Below, in pieces: positions 12,877 through 23,194 of a DNA stretch of 64,000 nucleotides; position 1 is the stretch's first letter, and each line of letters starts with the position of its first letter. The stretch is from the sequence record OL451225.1, one strand, 5' to 3'. The translations under genes and the position numbers were made by a program. The stretch is from Escherichia phage P896. The notes under the pieces were generated by a model that was not told where the DNA came from, searched no databases, and was given only the letters and a program-made list of their open reading frames with translations.

Positions 12877-13368
12877 ATGGAGTTGACCGATATCACACGC
12901 GCTTTCGAATCCGGCGACTTTGCTCGCCCTAACCTGTTCGAAGTCGAAATCCCATTCCTGGGTAAAAACTTTGCTTTCCATTGTAAAGCAGCCCCGATGC
13001 CAGCAGGCATTGTAGAAAAAGTTCCGGTCGGTTACATGAACCGTAAAATCAACGTAGCGGGTGACCGTACATTTGATGACTGGACTATTACGATTTATAA
13101 CGACGATGCTCATAAAGTTCGTCAAGCAATTGTTGATTGGCAAAATCTGTGTCACGGTATGACTAACGAAATTACCGGTGCAGCTCCTGCTGATTATAAG
13201 AAAACTGCTACTGTCCGCCAGTTCCATCGTGACGGCAAAACTGTTACGAAAGAAGTTGTTATTACCGGCATGTGGCCAACCAACGTTGGTGAAGTCCAGA
13301 TGGATTGGGATTCAAACAACGAAATTGAAACGTTCGAAGCAACGTTCGCAATTGACTGGTGGGAATAA
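12877..13368 (+). CDS. 19: tail tube protein gp19
   Basis: Start at MELTDITRAFESGDFARPNLFEVEIP (recognised T4 gp19 N-terminal region) with AAGAGGA RBS; the track ORF starting at 12826 is an upstream in-frame extension. Confidence 0.9.
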   Translation: MELTDITRAFESGDFARPNLFEVEIPFLGKNFAFHCKAAPMPAGIVEKVPVGYMNRKINVAGDRTFDDWTITIYNDDAHKVRQAIVDWQNLCHGMTNEITGAAPADYKKTATVRQFHRDGKTVTKEVVITGMWPTNVGEVQMDWDSNNEIETFEATFAIDWWE

Positions 13369-13369
13369 G

Positions 13370-13377
13370 TATAAATA
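13370..13377 (+). promoter_or_regulatory. late promoter TATAAATA for gene 20
   Basis: TATAAATA just after the gene 19 stop, followed by a GAGGCttcgGCCTC hairpin (13387-13402) in the leader. Confidence 0.55.
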
Positions 13378-13425
13378 AAGTTATTATGAGGCTTCGGCCT
13401 CATTTCCCAAACTTCGGAGACTCTA

Positions 13426-15000
13426 ATGGCAGGTTTTAACACAATACTAAATTTTCTTAAGCCTTGGGCTAAAGAAGATGAACAAGAATATAAGCAACAA
13501 GAAAAAAATAATTTAGAGTCAATGACCGGGCCGAAGTTTGATGATGGGGCTCGCGAAATTGAGTCACAAGAACAAAACGTCCCGTATAATGCATTGATGC
13601 AACAGATGTTCGGGAGCAATGAACCTGAAGTAAAAAATACCAGGGAATTAATTGACACCTACCGCAACCTACTAAATAATTATGAAGTTGATAACGCGGT
13701 GCAAGAAATTGTGTCTGATGCTATCGTTTTTGAAGACGGTAAAGATGTTGTAGCTCTTAACCTTGATGCTACCGAATTTAGTCAGAAAATTAAAGACCGA
13801 ATCCTCGAAGAATTTTTGGAAGTCAATAACCTCCTTAATTTCGAGCGTAAAGGTTCTGACCATTTTAAACGTTGGTATGTGGATTCTCGAATTTTCTTCC
13901 ACAAAATTATCAACCCATCAAAACTTAAAGATGGTGTTCAAGAACTTCGTCGCCTTGACCCAAGACAAATCCAGTTCATCCGTGAAATCGTTACACGCAT
14001 GGAAAATGGTACAAAAATTGTCGACGGTTACAGAGAATATTTTGTATACGATACGGGCCATGAAAGTTATTGTGCCGATGGTCGTATATATGAAGCAGGT
14101 ACTAAAATAAAAATTCCTCGTGCGGCGATTGTATATGCGCATTCTGGGTTACTTGATTGCTGCGGCAAGAATATCATCGGATACTTGCAACGAGCAATTA
14201 AACCTGCAAACCAATTAAAACTATTAGAAGATGCTTTAGTCATTTATCGTATAACTCGTGCTCCAGACCGCCGAGTCTTTTATATCGATACCGGGAATAT
14301 GCCGTCTCGTAAAGCAGCAGCACACATGCAACATATTATGAACACGATGAAAAACCGTGTCGTATATGATGCAACTACGGGTAAAATCAAAAACCAACAG
14401 CACAACATGTCAATGACAGAAGACTATTGGTTGCAACGTCGTGATGGTAAAGCAGTCACTGAAGTTGATACACTCCCGGGTGCGCAAGGCATGTCGGATA
14501 TGGACGATGTTCGCTGGTTTAAGAACAACCTATATCAGGCTCTCCGAATTCCATTATCTCGTATCCCTAATGACCAAAACAGTGGCGTTATGTTTGATGC
14601 AGGCGCGACAATTACTCGCGATGAATTGAATTTCGCTAAATGGATTAGGCAACTACAGAATAAATTTGAAGAAGTTTTCCTCGACCCGCTTAAAACAAAC
14701 CTTATCCTGAAAAAAATTATTTCAGAAGAGGAATGGGACAAGGAACTAAATAATATTAAAGTTACGTTCAACCGTGATAGCTATTTCACCGAAATGAAAG
14801 ATGCAGAAATCATGGAACGCAGAATCAATATGCTAACGATGGCTGAACCGTTTATCGGTAAATATATTTCGCATCAAACGGCTATGAAGGATTTCCTCCA
14901 GATGTCTGATGAAGAAATTAATCAAGAAGCTAAGCAAATTGAATTGGAGTCCAAAGAGGCTCGTTTCCAAAACCCTGAAGAAGAAGAAGAGGATTTCTAA
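13426..15000 (+). CDS. 20: portal vertex protein gp20
   Basis: 524 aa, same length as T4 gp20; T4 synteny. Confidence 0.95.
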   Translation: MAGFNTILNFLKPWAKEDEQEYKQQEKNNLESMTGPKFDDGAREIESQEQNVPYNALMQQMFGSNEPEVKNTRELIDTYRNLLNNYEVDNAVQEIVSDAIVFEDGKDVVALNLDATEFSQKIKDRILEEFLEVNNLLNFERKGSDHFKRWYVDSRIFFHKIINPSKLKDGVQELRRLDPRQIQFIREIVTRMENGTKIVDGYREYFVYDTGHESYCADGRIYEAGTKIKIPRAAIVYAHSGLLDCCGKNIIGYLQRAIKPANQLKLLEDALVIYRITRAPDRRVFYIDTGNMPSRKAAAHMQHIMNTMKNRVVYDATTGKIKNQQHNMSMTEDYWLQRRDGKAVTEVDTLPGAQGMSDMDDVRWFKNNLYQALRIPLSRIPNDQNSGVMFDAGATITRDELNFAKWIRQLQNKFEEVFLDPLKTNLILKKIISEEEWDKELNNIKVTFNRDSYFTEMKDAEIMERRINMLTMAEPFIGKYISHQTAMKDFLQMSDEEINQEAKQIELESKEARFQNPEEEEEDF

Positions 15001-15266
15001 TGGATGATTTATTTGAAGCCATTAAATCAAACGACCTCGTAGCCGTTCGCAAATATTTTGCTGAAAACATTGGCCCAGTATGCGGTAGTTTGATTGAAGA
15101 ACGTAAGATTGAAATTGCACGTTCCATCATGATTGAAGGCGAAGAGCCTAAAGAAGATGAAGATGAAGATGAAGACAAGGACGACGGTAAAGCAGAAAAG
15201 AAAGACAAAAAAGAATCTGATGACGCTGACGAAGGCGACGATGATGAAGATGAGGACGATGAATAA
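15000..15266 (+). CDS. 67: prohead core protein gp67
   Basis: 88 aa with strongly acidic C-terminus ([11 protein letters not shown]...); position between 20 and 68. Confidence 0.8.
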   Translation: MDDLFEAIKSNDLVAVRKYFAENIGPVCGSLIEERKIEIARSIMIEGEEPKEDEDEDEDKDDGKAEKKDKKESDDADEGDDDEDEDDE

Positions 15267-15694
15267 TGTTTATTATCCCTGATGATTACGAATTAACTCT
15301 TGAAAACATCGAAAGTGTTTCCGAAGAAGCTCAGGGACAATTTGATTCATTATCTGAAGCCTTAGAAAAAGACGATATAAATATTATTGTAGAAAACATG
15401 TTTGCAGCCAGTGAATACGAAAAAGCAACGGTTATCGGCGCTCTGAATGAAGGTGTTCAGCTTAACGAATTTATCGTTAAACATGTATCGTCTCGCGGTG
15501 AGTTAACCCGCACAAAAGACCGAGCTACTCGTAAGCGTAATGCTTTCCAAACAACTGGTCTTTCTAAAGCTAAACGTCGTCAAATTGCCCGTCTGGCTAC
15601 TAAAACGAAAAGAGCAAACCCATCTACGCAAATCAGAGCAGAGCGCAAGCGCAAAAAAGCTCGAGCTAAGCGTAAAGCATTCGGACTTGATTAA
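15266..15694 (+). CDS. 68: prohead core protein gp68
   Basis: 142 aa with basic C-terminus; T4 synteny. Confidence 0.8.
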   Translation: MFIIPDDYELTLENIESVSEEAQGQFDSLSEALEKDDINIIVENMFAASEYEKATVIGALNEGVQLNEFIVKHVSSRGELTRTKDRATRKRNAFQTTGLSKAKRRQIARLATKTKRANPSTQIRAERKRKKARAKRKAFGLD

Positions 15695-16332
15695 TGGAAC
15701 AGAAACCAGAGTTACTAATCGAACACTGGGGTCAACCGGGCGAAATTAAAGATGGTGTACCTATGTTGGAATCTCATGATGGTTCCAGCAGCGGTTTAAA
15801 GCCAGGACTTTATATTGAAGGTATTTTCCTACAAGCTGAAGTTGTTAACCGTAATAAACGACTTTATCCTAAACATATTTTGGAAAAAGCCGTTGCGGAC
15901 TATATCGCCGAACAGGTTGAAACCAAGCAGTCTCTTGGAGAATTAAACCATCCACCTCGCGCAAACGTTGACCCTATGCAGGCAGCAATTATTATCGAGG
16001 AAATGTGGTGGAAAGGGAATGATGTATATGGCCGCGCGCGTATTATCGAAGGCGACCATGGCCCAGGCGATAAACTTGCTGCGAATATAAGAGCAGGTTG
16101 GATTCCTGGCGTATCTAGTCGTGGACTCGGTTCCCTGACTAAATCAGCAAAAGGTTATAGCATCGTTAATGAAGGTTTTAAATTGACGGTTGGAGTAGAT
16201 GCAGTATGGGGGCCAAGTGCTCCGGACGCTTGGGTCAAACCAAAGCAGATTACAGAATCACAAACGGCTGTTGCCGATACCAGTGCCGATGACGCCTTTA
16301 TGGCTCTCGCAGAGGCTTTAAAGACGTTATAA
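15694..16332 (+). CDS. 21: prohead core scaffold protein and protease gp21
   Basis: 212 aa, same length as T4 gp21; T4 synteny. Confidence 0.9.
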   Translation: MEQKPELLIEHWGQPGEIKDGVPMLESHDGSSSGLKPGLYIEGIFLQAEVVNRNKRLYPKHILEKAVADYIAEQVETKQSLGELNHPPRANVDPMQAAIIIEEMWWKGNDVYGRARIIEGDHGPGDKLAANIRAGWIPGVSSRGLGSLTKSAKGYSIVNEGFKLTVGVDAVWGPSAPDAWVKPKQITESQTAVADTSADDAFMALAEALKTL

Positions 16333-16335
16333 ATA
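16328..16335 (+). promoter_or_regulatory. late promoter TATAAATA for gene 22
   Basis: TATAAATA overlapping the gene 21 stop, 30 nt upstream of the gene 22 ATG. Confidence 0.6.
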
Positions 16336-16364
16336 AATGTATATCTTAACAACAGGACTACAAA

Positions 16365-17183
16365 ATGCTTAAAGAACAACTCATTTCTGAAGCTCAGAAT
16401 ATCGATGCTTCCGTTGCTCTCGATAGTATTTTCGAATCAGTTAATTTGTCCCCGGAAGCGAAAGCTACCTTCGGCACTGTATTCGAAGCTACCGTCAAGC
16501 AACACGCCATCAAACTGGCAGAATCTCACATTCACGCCATCGCTGAAAAAGCTGAAGAAGAAGTCGAAAAGAATAAAGAAGAATCCGACGAAAAAGCAGA
16601 GAAAAAACTGAAAGAATCTGCAGCTAAATTCCTGGACCACGTTGCTAAAGAATGGCTCGCTGAAAATAAACTGGCTGTCGACCGCGGCATCAAAGCTGAC
16701 CTGTTCGAATCCATGTTCACCGGCATGAAAGAACTGTTCGTTGAGCACAACGTTGTTGTTCCGGAAGAATCTGTTGATGTTGTTGCAGAAATGCAGGAAG
16801 AACTGGCTGAACAGAAAGAAGAAACCGCTAGCCTGTTCGAAGAAGTTTCTAAGCGTGATGCTTATATCAATTATGTCCAACGTGAAGTTGCGTTGACTGA
16901 AGCAACTAAAGACCTGACTGAATCTCAGAAAGAAAAAGTTGGTTCTCTGGTAGAAGGCATGGAATACTCTGATGCATTCGGTACCAAAATTGGCGCTATC
17001 GTTGAAATGGTTAAAGGTCAGGTAGAACCCACCGACAAACCAATCACCGAAGCCGCTATAAATAAAAATGTAGACGATGCTGCGGCACTGAATTACATTT
17101 CAGAAGCAGTTGAAGAAAAAGGCGCCAAGCCTACCCTGTCCTTCGCGGACTTGTCTGCTCTCGCAGCATCACGAATTTCTTAA
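16365..17183 (+). CDS. 22: prohead core scaffold protein gp22
   Basis: 272 aa, acidic, helical and E/K-rich; T4 synteny. Confidence 0.9.
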   Translation: MLKEQLISEAQNIDASVALDSIFESVNLSPEAKATFGTVFEATVKQHAIKLAESHIHAIAEKAEEEVEKNKEESDEKAEKKLKESAAKFLDHVAKEWLAENKLAVDRGIKADLFESMFTGMKELFVEHNVVVPEESVDVVAEMQEELAEQKEETASLFEEVSKRDAYINYVQREVALTEATKDLTESQKEKVGSLVEGMEYSDAFGTKIGAIVEMVKGQVEPTDKPITEAAINKNVDDAAALNYISEAVEEKGAKPTLSFADLSALAASRIS

Positions 17184-17204
17184 TTTAATAAGGTTATACA
17201 ACAC

Positions 17205-18764
17205 ATGAAAAAGAATGCATTAGTTCAAAAATGGTCCGCTCTGTTGGAAAACGAAGCTCTTCCGGAAATCGTTGGTGCTTCTAAACAAGCTATCATCGCT
17301 AAAATCTTTGAAAACCAGGAACAAGATATCCTGACCGCTCCAGAATACCGTGACGAAAAAATCTCCGAAGCATTTGGTTCTTTCCTGACCGAAGCTGAAA
17401 TCGGTGGTGACCATGGTTATGATGCTACCAATATCGCTGCTGGCCAGACCTCTGGTGCAGTAACTCAGATTGGGCCAGCAGTTATGGGTATGGTTCGTCG
17501 TGCTATCCCGCATCTGATTGCGTTTGATATTTGTGGCGTACAGCCTCTGAACAACCCGACTGGCCAGGTATTTGCCCTGCGTGCAGTTTACGGTAAAGAC
17601 CCTGTCGCTGCTGGTGCTAAAGAAGCTTTCCACCCGATGTATGCTCCGAACGCTATGTTCTCCGGTCAGGGCGCTGCTCAGACTTTTGAAGCATTGGCTG
17701 CAGGCAAAGTTCTGGAAGTTGGTAAAATTTATTCTCACTTCTTCGAAGCAACCGGTTCCGCACACTACCAGGCTGTTGAAGCTGTAACCGTTGATGCTGG
17801 TGCTACTGATGCTGCTAAACTTGACGCTGAAGTTACCAAACTGCTCGAAGCTGGTCAGCTGGCAGAAATCGCTGAAGGTATGGCTACCTCCATCGCCGAA
17901 CTGCAAGAAGGTTTTAACGGTTCCCAGGATAACCCGTGGAACGAAATGGGCTTCCGCATCGACAAACAAGTTATCGAAGCTAAATCCCGTCAGCTGAAAG
18001 CAAGCTACTCCATCGAACTGGCACAGGACCTCCGCGCTGTTCACGGTATGGATGCTGATGCCGAATTGAGTGGTATTCTGGCTACCGAAATTATGCTGGA
18101 AATCAACCGCGAAGTTATCGATTGGATTAACTACTCCGCACAGGTTGGTAAATCTGGTATGACCAACACCGTTGGCGCTAAAGCTGGTGTGTTTGACTTC
18201 CAGGACCCGATTGATATCCGTGGTGCTCGTTGGGCTGGTGAAAGCTTCAAAGCTTTACTGTTCCAGATTGATAAAGAAGCCGCTGAAATCGCTCGTCAGA
18301 CCGGTCGTGGTGCAGGTAACTTCATCATCGCTTCCCGTAACGTAGTTAACGTGCTGGCTGCTGTTGATACTTCTGTTAGTTATGCTGCTCAGGGTCTGGG
18401 TAAAGGTTTCAACGTTGACACCACTAAAGCTGTGTTCGCTGGTGTTCTGGGTGGCAAATACCGTGTCTATATCGACCAGTATGCTCGTGCAGATTACTTC
18501 ACCATCGGTTACAAAGGCGCTAACGAAATGGATGCTGGTATCTACTACGCACCATATGTTGCACTGACCCCGCTGCGTGGCTCTGACCCGAAAAACTTCC
18601 AGCCGGTTATGGGCTTCAAAACCCGTTACGGTATCGGTATCAACCCGTTTGCTGACCCTGCTGCTCAGGCTCCGACCAAGCGCATTCAGAATGGTATGCC
18701 GGACATCGTTAATAGCCTCGGCTTGAACGGTTACTTCCGTCGCGTATATGTTAAAGGAATTTAA
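17205..18764 (+). CDS. 23: major capsid protein gp23
   Basis: 519 aa; size and position as T4 gp23; codon usage typical of a highly expressed gene. Confidence 0.95.
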   Translation: MKKNALVQKWSALLENEALPEIVGASKQAIIAKIFENQEQDILTAPEYRDEKISEAFGSFLTEAEIGGDHGYDATNIAAGQTSGAVTQIGPAVMGMVRRAIPHLIAFDICGVQPLNNPTGQVFALRAVYGKDPVAAGAKEAFHPMYAPNAMFSGQGAAQTFEALAAGKVLEVGKIYSHFFEATGSAHYQAVEAVTVDAGATDAAKLDAEVTKLLEAGQLAEIAEGMATSIAELQEGFNGSQDNPWNEMGFRIDKQVIEAKSRQLKASYSIELAQDLRAVHGMDADAELSGILATEIMLEINREVIDWINYSAQVGKSGMTNTVGAKAGVFDFQDPIDIRGARWAGESFKALLFQIDKEAAEIARQTGRGAGNFIIASRNVVNVLAAVDTSVSYAAQGLGKGFNVDTTKAVFAGVLGGKYRVYIDQYARADYFTIGYKGANEMDAGIYYAPYVALTPLRGSDPKNFQPVMGFKTRYGIGINPFADPAAQAPTKRIQNGMPDIVNSLGLNGYFRRVYVKGI

Positions 18765-18782
18765 TCCTAGATTAAATTAAAT

Positions 18783-18815
18783 AAAAAGGGACCCTTGAGG
18801 TCCCTTTCTTGTTTT
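18783..18815. terminator. bidirectional intrinsic terminator between gene 23 and the convergent orphan gene
   Basis: GGGACCcttgaGGTCCC hairpin (18788-18804) flanked by A and T tracts. Confidence 0.65.
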
Positions 18816-19096
18816 CATACCATACCATTTAAATGAACTTCTACCCGGCGCTTGATGAGGTCTCTGAAGTTAACATTGTTTTCTTGAAGTTTCAACCAGT
18901 TACCATTTTTATCTTTAGTGTGAGTAGAATAATTACCATTCCACCAGAAATCAGTGTCATATGCTAAGTTTTCATATTTTTTAACTAGTTTGTTCAGAGC
19001 ATTACCATTAACACCATTCGGGTATTTGTTGACCAATGCAATAACTTCAATTTCCAATTTTTTAAAGGTGTTCAGAAGGAAAGTTGATTTGTTCAT
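18815..19096 (-). CDS. hypothetical early protein (orphan gene between 23 and 24)
   Basis: 93-aa ORF with GGAG RBS, preceded by an early-promoter cassette and followed by a terminator; no family recognised. Confidence 0.6.
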   Translation of the reverse strand: MNKSTFLLNTFKKLEIEVIALVNKYPNGVNGNALNKLVKKYENLAYDTDFWWNGNYSTHTKDKNGNWLKLQENNVNFRDLIKRRVEVHLNGMV

Positions 19097-19166
19097 TTTA
19101 AACTCCAGGTTTTGTTTGTTAACTCAGTATGGAATCATTATGTCTTATCTTAATCTGGTTGTAAAC
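19097..19166 (-). repeat. early promoter + 5'UTR cassette, family A copy 1
   Basis: -35 GTTTAC (19161-19166), 18-bp spacer, -10 CATAAT (19137-19142), conserved leader TTCCATACTGAGTTAAC...CTGGAG; near-identical copies at 44425-44495 and 60143-60213. Confidence 0.6.
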
Positions 19167-19172
19167 AACTTT

Positions 19173-19180
19173 TATAAATA
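19173..19180 (+). promoter_or_regulatory. late promoter TATAAATA for gene 24
   Basis: Exact TATAAATA 27 nt upstream of the gene 24 ATG. Confidence 0.6.
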
Positions 19181-19206
19181 AAGTATATCACAAAAGGAAA
19201 GCGCAA

Positions 19207-20487
19207 ATGGCAAAGATTAACAAATTACTGCGCGAGTCAACTACCACTACCAGCAACTCCTTGGGCCGCCCGAATCTTGTTGCTTTGACCCGCGCTACAA
19301 CCAAATTGATTTACCGCGATATTATCGCTGAACAACGTACGAACCAGCCAGTTGCGGCTCTGTACGGTGTTAAATATCTTACCCCTGATAATGAATTCAG
19401 TTTCCAAACCGGTGCCGTTTATGGCGGTGAAGTTGGTTCTAAAGACCGTGAAACTATCCCGGAATTTACAACCCCAACTCAAGCCGTAGCTAAAGGTGGA
19501 TACATTAAATTCCAGAATATCGTTTATAAAGCTCTGGTTGATAATCCATTTGCATCGACTACCGAAACTGTATTATCCGATGTTCTGCAAGAAGGTCTTA
19601 TTGCATTAACTATTCGTTTGGTTCCTGATGCGGCGCACACCGAGAAATTTGAAGCCGGTGATGTTGAGATTAGTAATGCTGTATTCCAGGTCAACAAATG
19701 GAATGCTCCGGTTAAAACACGTAAATTGAAAACTGCATTAACTGTTGAGCTTGCTCAGGATATGGAAGCAAATGGTTTTAATGCTCCTGCTTTCTTGGAA
19801 GACTTGCTTGCCACTATTATGGCAGATGAAATTAACAAAGATGTTCTTCAGTCTCTTATTACCGTTTCCAAGCGTTATAAAGTAACTGGTGTTTCTGACA
19901 ATGGCGTCATCGATTTAACATATGATGCAGCTCCAGAAGGTGCACGTAAACTGTACGAACTGGTTTGCGAAATGAACTCCGAGATTCAGAAAACTACATC
20001 TTATTCCGGTACCTTTGTTGTTGCCTCTAGCCGTGTTGCTGCTATGTTGGCCGGTTCTGGTTGGCTGAAGCATAAACCTGAAGACGAACAATGGCTTCCT
20101 GAAACAGCGTACGGTTATTTGATTAATGGCCTCCCTGTATTCTGTGATGTTAACAGTCCATTGGATTATGTAACCGTTGGCGTTAAAGAAAATTACGGTG
20201 GAAACGAAGTCGTAGGCTCAATCTTCTATGCTCCTTATACCGAAGGTCTGGACTTAGATGATGAAGAGCATGTAGGCGCGTTTAAGGTCATTGTGGACCC
20301 TGACAGTTTGCAACCAGCTATCTCTCTGATGGTTCGTTATGCACTTTCAGCTAACCCGTACACCGTTGCTAAAGACGATAAAGAAGCTCGTATTATCGAT
20401 GCAACCAATATGGATTTAATGGCCGGTCAGAGCAATATGTCTTATCTGCTCGGTGTTAAACTTCCGCCAATCATTTATGAGGCGTAA
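19207..20487 (+). CDS. 24: capsid vertex protein gp24
   Basis: 426 aa; N-terminus MAKINKLLRESTTTTSNSLGRPNLVALTRATTKLIY recognised as T4 gp24-like. Confidence 0.9.
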   Translation: MAKINKLLRESTTTTSNSLGRPNLVALTRATTKLIYRDIIAEQRTNQPVAALYGVKYLTPDNEFSFQTGAVYGGEVGSKDRETIPEFTTPTQAVAKGGYIKFQNIVYKALVDNPFASTTETVLSDVLQEGLIALTIRLVPDAAHTEKFEAGDVEISNAVFQVNKWNAPVKTRKLKTALTVELAQDMEANGFNAPAFLEDLLATIMADEINKDVLQSLITVSKRYKVTGVSDNGVIDLTYDAAPEGARKLYELVCEMNSEIQKTTSYSGTFVVASSRVAAMLAGSGWLKHKPEDEQWLPETAYGYLINGLPVFCDVNSPLDYVTVGVKENYGGNEVVGSIFYAPYTEGLDLDDEEHVGAFKVIVDPDSLQPAISLMVRYALSANPYTVAKDDKEARIIDATNMDLMAGQSNMSYLLGVKLPPIIYEA

Positions 20488-21771
20488 ATGCAAAAGATTA
20501 ACGCACTAATTCACGAATCAACATTAACGGCGGCCAACCAGGTCGCCCGTCCTAATTTGCTTTCTTATACTCAGGCTACGAATAAACGAATTTTTAAAGC
20601 ACTCGTTGCTGAACAGAAAACTACCCAGCCTGTTGCGGCGCTGTATGGTGTTCGCGTTCTTAACCCAGATGATAAAATGACTTATCTTGGCGGAGCAACA
20701 TTTGCAGGCCAGATTGGTATGTTCGAGCGTAAGAATATTCCAGAATTTACGAACAAAGACGAAGCTTATGCAGTCGGCGATATGTTCCAGTTTGAAAGTG
20801 TTGTGTTCAAAGTTTTGGAAGCATCACCATTCGCCGGGACTCTCGAAACTGATTTGGGCGAAGTTATTTCTGAAGCCATTGCGGCTGGCCATATAAGAAT
20901 GATGTCAGATGCGGCTTTCACTGATAAATTTGAAAAAGGTCATCCTGAAATTGCTGAAGCTGGTTTTCGTATTGATAAATGGCAGACTGAAGTTAAATCC
21001 AGAAAGCTGAAAACTTCTTTAACTGTCGAGCTTGCTCAAGACCTGGAAGCGAACGGTTTCGATGCAACGGATTTCATTGATAATATTCTCGGTATCCAAA
21101 TGGCAGAGGAAATTAATAAGGATGTACTGCAATCCCTTATTACTGTCAGTTCTCGCTTCAAGGTGCAAGGTGTTTCTGAAAAAGGTGTATTGAATCTAAC
21201 TGACCCGAAATATGATAACGCTCAGGACCGTGCGCGAACCCTGTATTATTATATGTGTGAAATGAACTCCGCAGTTCAACGTCAGACTTCGTTTGCTGGT
21301 ACATATGCAGTCGCTTCTTCCCGGTGTGCAGCTATTTTAGCAGCTTCTGGCTGGGTTGAGAAAAAGGAAGACCAGGATGAATTAGCCTATGGCGTTCTGA
21401 AGAACGGTTTACCACTTTATGCAGATATGAATAGTCCATGTGATTATGTTATTGTTGGTGTAAATGCTGATATGGGTGAAGGTCAGACGGTCGCATCTTT
21501 GTATTATGCGCCTTATACGGAAGGACTTAGTGAAGTTGATGATGAGGGTGATACCTCGGTCGGGGAATTCAAGGTTATTGTTGACCCTGAAAGCTTGCAG
21601 CCTACTGTTGCGCTATTAGCTCGTTATGCATTGACAGCAAACCCTTATACGGTTGCGAAAGATGATAAAGAAGCTCGCATTATTGATGGTGCTGATATGG
21701 ATAAGATGGCCAACCAAAGCCAATTGAGTTCTTATCTTGGTGTTAAACTTCCACCACTGGAAAAAGAATAA
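20488..21771 (+). CDS. second gp24-like capsid vertex protein (tandem paralog)
   Basis: 427 aa; by eye roughly half identical to the preceding gp24 (shared TQPVAALYGV, SRKLKT, LTVELAQD, EINKDVLQSLITVS, ANPYTVAKDDKEARIID motifs). Confidence 0.85.
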   Translation: MQKINALIHESTLTAANQVARPNLLSYTQATNKRIFKALVAEQKTTQPVAALYGVRVLNPDDKMTYLGGATFAGQIGMFERKNIPEFTNKDEAYAVGDMFQFESVVFKVLEASPFAGTLETDLGEVISEAIAAGHIRMMSDAAFTDKFEKGHPEIAEAGFRIDKWQTEVKSRKLKTSLTVELAQDLEANGFDATDFIDNILGIQMAEEINKDVLQSLITVSSRFKVQGVSEKGVLNLTDPKYDNAQDRARTLYYYMCEMNSAVQRQTSFAGTYAVASSRCAAILAASGWVEKKEDQDELAYGVLKNGLPLYADMNSPCDYVIVGVNADMGEGQTVASLYYAPYTEGLSEVDDEGDTSVGEFKVIVDPESLQPTVALLARYALTANPYTVAKDDKEARIIDGADMDKMANQSQLSSYLGVKLPPLEKE

Positions 21772-21793
21772 GGGCCGCAAGGCCCTTTTTTTT
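21772..21793. terminator. bidirectional terminator between the 24 paralog and rnlB
   Basis: GGGCCgcaaGGCCC hairpin followed by T8. Confidence 0.65.
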
Positions 21794-22799
21794 ATTCACT
21801 AACTAATGCAATCCAAACATGTCTTAATGTTTCTCTTACATTTGCGATGAGTTGCTTTTTAACTTCAACAGGATTTTCCGTCAGGGTCAATTCAAGACCT
21901 TCGCGACCGGCTTCTTCCAGAATATCTTGGACTGTTAGCCCCATTACCTTTCCAAAATCCTTCGGTGATACTTCACCAATCTTACTGATAACATTATTGA
22001 TGCGGTTAACAGTCACATAATCAGTGAAATTCCACAGCAAATCCATATCATTTTGGCTCAGAACCACTGCAGCCTTAATAGGCTTATCAGACTTTTTCTT
22101 TTCACTGAATTTAGAGTTCTTACATTTAATCGCTACACGCTCGCCGTTAGGCAACCAGGCCGGAACATCAGGTTTTAATACAAATCCTTCGGCAGTGAAT
22201 ACTTTACCTTCCACCTTTGCATCAAAATCAGTGGTATTTGCTGTAGTCAAACCTGCGTTATCCACTGTAAAATTGTAATCAGGGACAACAGAATCCAGGT
22301 CATTAGGGAGCTTAATTAATTCTTCAAAACTACCTGTAGCCAGGCGCGGCGCAACCTTAAACTTATGGATAATACAGAATGCTTCCATAAGGGTGTCAGT
22401 CAGGACGGATTCAAAACCATCTTCTTTAGTAACGCGGATATCAAATACATAAAAATCTTTATCACCGTAATCCACATTCTTCTGGATACCTGCCCCGGCA
22501 AACTCACCATAAATCTGATATGCCTGGTAATTAATATCCTGCAAAAGTTTCTGCACAGATTTAATAGAATCTGCATAGTTCTTTAATACAATTTCATAAC
22601 CATAGAAATCTTCTGCAGGTAGGATAGGTCCAGTGCGTTTCGCACATGTCACATTGTCTTGTTCAATGATTAATGAAAAGTTGGTGCCATGAATCTTTTC
22701 ACGCGCTACCCATTCACCGCTGGTGAAGCCTTGCAGGCGAATCTTTTCAATGAACTTGTTGTTATAGTGATTTTCAAGGCTGTTGTATTTCTTAAACAT
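21792..22799 (-). CDS. rnlB: RNA ligase 2 (RnlB)
   Basis: 335 aa; [19 protein letters not shown]...[13 protein letters not shown] adenylylation lysine motif; size as T4 Rnl2. Confidence 0.9.
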   Translation of the reverse strand: MFKKYNSLENHYNNKFIEKIRLQGFTSGEWVAREKIHGTNFSLIIEQDNVTCAKRTGPILPAEDFYGYEIVLKNYADSIKSVQKLLQDINYQAYQIYGEFAGAGIQKNVDYGDKDFYVFDIRVTKEDGFESVLTDTLMEAFCIIHKFKVAPRLATGSFEELIKLPNDLDSVVPDYNFTVDNAGLTTANTTDFDAKVEGKVFTAEGFVLKPDVPAWLPNGERVAIKCKNSKFSEKKKSDKPIKAAVVLSQNDMDLLWNFTDYVTVNRINNVISKIGEVSPKDFGKVMGLTVQDILEEAGREGLELTLTENPVEVKKQLIANVRETLRHVWIALVSE

Positions 22800-22897
22800 A
22801 ATCTCTCACTTTTGATGTTATAAATATCATTATAAATTAGACCCACTATACTTTCTTTCTCTGAAAGGAATTAATAGTCGCAAAGGGGTCTAGAACC

Positions 22898-22925
22898 ATT
22901 ATACCACAATTTTATTTGAAGCAAA
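22898..22925 (-). promoter_or_regulatory. MotA-dependent middle promoter upstream of rnlB
   Basis: Minus strand reads TTTGCTTCA (MotA box), 13 bp, TATAAT. Confidence 0.55.
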
Positions 22926-22930
22926 AAGGG

Positions 22931-23194
22931 TCAGAATTTTACATACAGCATTGGCTTGCCTTCTTGCCAATCATAATTCCAGGTAAATGATGTAAATTTT
23001 TCTGCCCGCAGAAAATCAGATATTTTTCCACGATTACCTTCTTCATACTCTTTTTCAGAAACTGCCATATTAACAGCATCTTTGCCATTTTCAGCGGCGG
23101 CAACTGCCACTTTACGGAATATAGCAATAAAATCATTTGCAACTTTATCTTGGGATTCTTTTGCGATTTGACGTAGTTCTTCTGCGAATGTCAT
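22931..23194 (-). CDS. hypothetical protein (T4 24.x region)
   Basis: 87-aa ORF, overlaps next gene by ATGA-type coupling. Confidence 0.6.
   Translation of the reverse strand: MTFAEELRQIAKESQDKVANDFIAIFRKVAVAAAENGKDAVNMAVSEKEYEEGNRGKISDFLRAEKFTSFTWNYDWQEGKPMLYVKF

Noticed and set aside
15130-15266. Repetitive GAAGA(T/C)GA acidic-codon run
   Set aside because: It encodes the acidic C-terminal tail of prohead core protein gp67, not a repeat element or CRISPR-like array.
17220-18044. 274-aa ORF on the minus strand
   Set aside because: Antisense to the major capsid gene 23, with a Cys/Phe/Ser-rich low-complexity translation; spurious.
22819-22826. Plus-strand TATAAATA upstream of the rnlB start
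   Set aside because: It would drive transcription antisense to the 24.x and hoc genes; more likely a fortuitous match in the AT-rich rnlB leader.
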